This document shows positions 62,493-64,000 of a stretch of DNA of 64,000 bases, one piece after another (within the stretch, counting starts at the first letter, position 1; the number at the start of each line of letters is the position of its first letter). The DNA is taken from the NCBI GenBank assembly GCA_945907765.1, contig CAMDTO010000001.1:28083-92082 (forward strand), given 5' to 3'. Source of the stretch: Thermoflexus hugenholtzii JAD2. GTDB lineage: Bacteria > Chloroflexota > UBA11872 > UBA12225. A program made the position numbers and the translations under genes. The notes beneath the pieces were generated by a model. That model searched no databases, was not told the origin of the DNA, and saw only the letters and a program-made list of their open reading frames with translations.

Positions 62493-62734
62493 GTTGTTTC
62501 AGGCATTGCCGTGATTATAGGCCGTGGATCCACGGACCTCTCGGGTCGGGGATGGATGACCAGGGTGGATCCGGGCATGATCGCACGGTGGTGGTTGCGG
62601 TCCCTTGCGTGTCTCGTATGGCGGATACCATCGGCCATGCGTGCTGAGGGTTTGGCACGCTCGCGGGTCGTGCCATGACGGCGCGACAGCCCTGCATTAG
62701 GGAGCGAAGTGATCCATCGGGAAGGCCGGACGCG

Positions 62735-63877
62735 ATGAAAATCGATCGTATTGAGACGTTTCTCGCCCATGTGGGACGACGAAACCTGTGCTTCGTCAAG
62801 GTATCGACGGATGAAGGCTTGCATGGGATTGGCGAGGCCTATTCGGTCGGGCCTGACCTTGCGACCGTTGCGGCGATTGATGACTTTGCGTCGTGGCTTA
62901 TCGGGCAGGATCCAATGCGGATCGAACACCTCTGGGCGCTGATGTATAACGGCACCCGCTTCCCGCCCGGTCCGACGATCCTGTCGGCGCTTTCGGGTAT
63001 CGAACACGCCTTGTGGGACATCAAGGGCAAGGCGCTCGGCGTCCCAGTGTGGCAGTTGCTGGGGGGTGCGGTGCGAGACCGGATCCGCGTCTACCAGAAC
63101 CCTGGTGGAGGGTCACCAGAGGAGACCGCAGAACGCGCACTTGCGCTGATAGCCAAGTATGGGTACACGGCCCTGAAGATCGGACCGCATCCCGCTGGGT
63201 CAGACCGCATGCCGTGGCCGGCGGTCGTGCGCGGGGCCGCGGCCCGCATGAAGGCGCTTCGCGATGCGGTCGGCGACGACATCGAGATCGGCCTCGATCC
63301 CCATGCAAAGATCTGGGAGCCGGTCCGCGCCCTCCAGATGGCGCATGCGGTGGCGGAGTACAACCCGTACTTCTTTGAGGAGCCAATCCGACCGGAGAAC
63401 ATCGACGCGATGGCGTCGTTCAAGCGTCAGTGCCCGATCCCGGTTGCGACCGGGGAGTGCCTCTACACCAAGTTCGAGTTCCGGGAACTGCTCGCACGCG
63501 AGGCGGCTGACATCATTCAGCCGGACGTGTGCCTAATGGGAGGCTTGTTGGAAATGAAGAAGGTTGCCGCGATGGCCGAGGCGCATTACGTGATGGTCGC
63601 GCCCCACAATCCGATGGGCCCGATTGCCACTGCGGTAAATGTGCATTTCTGTGTGAGCACGCCAAACGTCGCCGTGCTTGAATACACACCAGATGACGAA
63701 GGGCCCCGACGGGATATTGTGAAGGAACCCATGCGCGTCAAGGATGGGTACATCGAACTTCCTACCGCCCCCGGTCTCGGGATCGAGATTGATGAGGCGG
63801 CGTGCCAGCGGTATCCGTACAAGCCTTGGCGTCGTACCAACGCGGTTCGTCCAGATGGATCAATCGGGTTCAACTGA
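62735..63877 (+). CDS. enolase-superfamily mandelate racemase/muconate lactonising enzyme family dehydratase (galactonate dehydratase-like)
   Basis: 'MKIDRIETF...VKVSTDEGLHGIGEA' plus the MR/MLE metal-ligand region. Confidence 0.8.
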   Translation: MKIDRIETFLAHVGRRNLCFVKVSTDEGLHGIGEAYSVGPDLATVAAIDDFASWLIGQDPMRIEHLWALMYNGTRFPPGPTILSALSGIEHALWDIKGKALGVPVWQLLGGAVRDRIRVYQNPGGGSPEETAERALALIAKYGYTALKIGPHPAGSDRMPWPAVVRGAAARMKALRDAVGDDIEIGLDPHAKIWEPVRALQMAHAVAEYNPYFFEEPIRPENIDAMASFKRQCPIPVATGECLYTKFEFRELLAREAADIIQPDVCLMGGLLEMKKVAAMAEAHYVMVAPHNPMGPIATAVNVHFCVSTPNVAVLEYTPDDEGPRRDIVKEPMRVKDGYIELPTAPGLGIEIDEAACQRYPYKPWRRTNAVRPDGSIGFN

Positions 63878-64000
63878 TCGGGCAGAGGATGCGGATTGTG
63901 ATTGGTGGTGGCCGATCGGGGCATTGGGTATGGCGCGTCACGCGCGTGCTGCTCGTGGCGGGCATCACCTTTCATACGTCGCTCCCCGTCGCCACATTTC

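Noticed and set aside
63586-63975. Minus-strand 129 aa ORF at the window end.
   Set aside because: It overlaps the C-terminus of the enolase-superfamily gene and has an unusual His/Pro-rich composition, so it is likely spurious. A possible plus-strand gene start near 63888 (VIGGGRSGHW...) was too short to call.

Overview
This is a 64 kb, high-GC (~65-67%) bacterial chromosomal window that is densely coding and consists almost entirely of housekeeping genes. The gene order is Firmicutes-like: rlmN-rpe, rpmB <-> yloV-recG-rsmD-[insert]-coaD-[ORF]-yceD-rpmF-fabD-fabG-accC-nusB-tatC, then lspA-rluD, and a pyrimidine operon pyrR-pyrB-pyrC-carA-carB on the minus strand. Also present are purH, a HelY/Ski2-like helicase, an FGGY sugar kinase, pyrF in an overlapping operon with a P-loop kinase and a DUF951 gene, an HNH endonuclease, ftsK, RNase J, a tRNA-Val(CAC), and a five-gene branched-chain amino acid ABC transporter operon. 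In that operon three genes carry independent inactivating lesions. No transposase, integrase or CRISPR array was seen. The most unusual element is a 2.7 kb gene inserted between rsmD and coaD. It encodes a membrane-anchored, extremely acidic E/V/P/A/M-rich protein built from nested tandem repeats (198 bp unit, 600 bp higher-order unit). A PyrR-binding RNA loop is recognisable in the pyrR leader. All calls were made by reading the translations and DNA by eye; no database searches were run.
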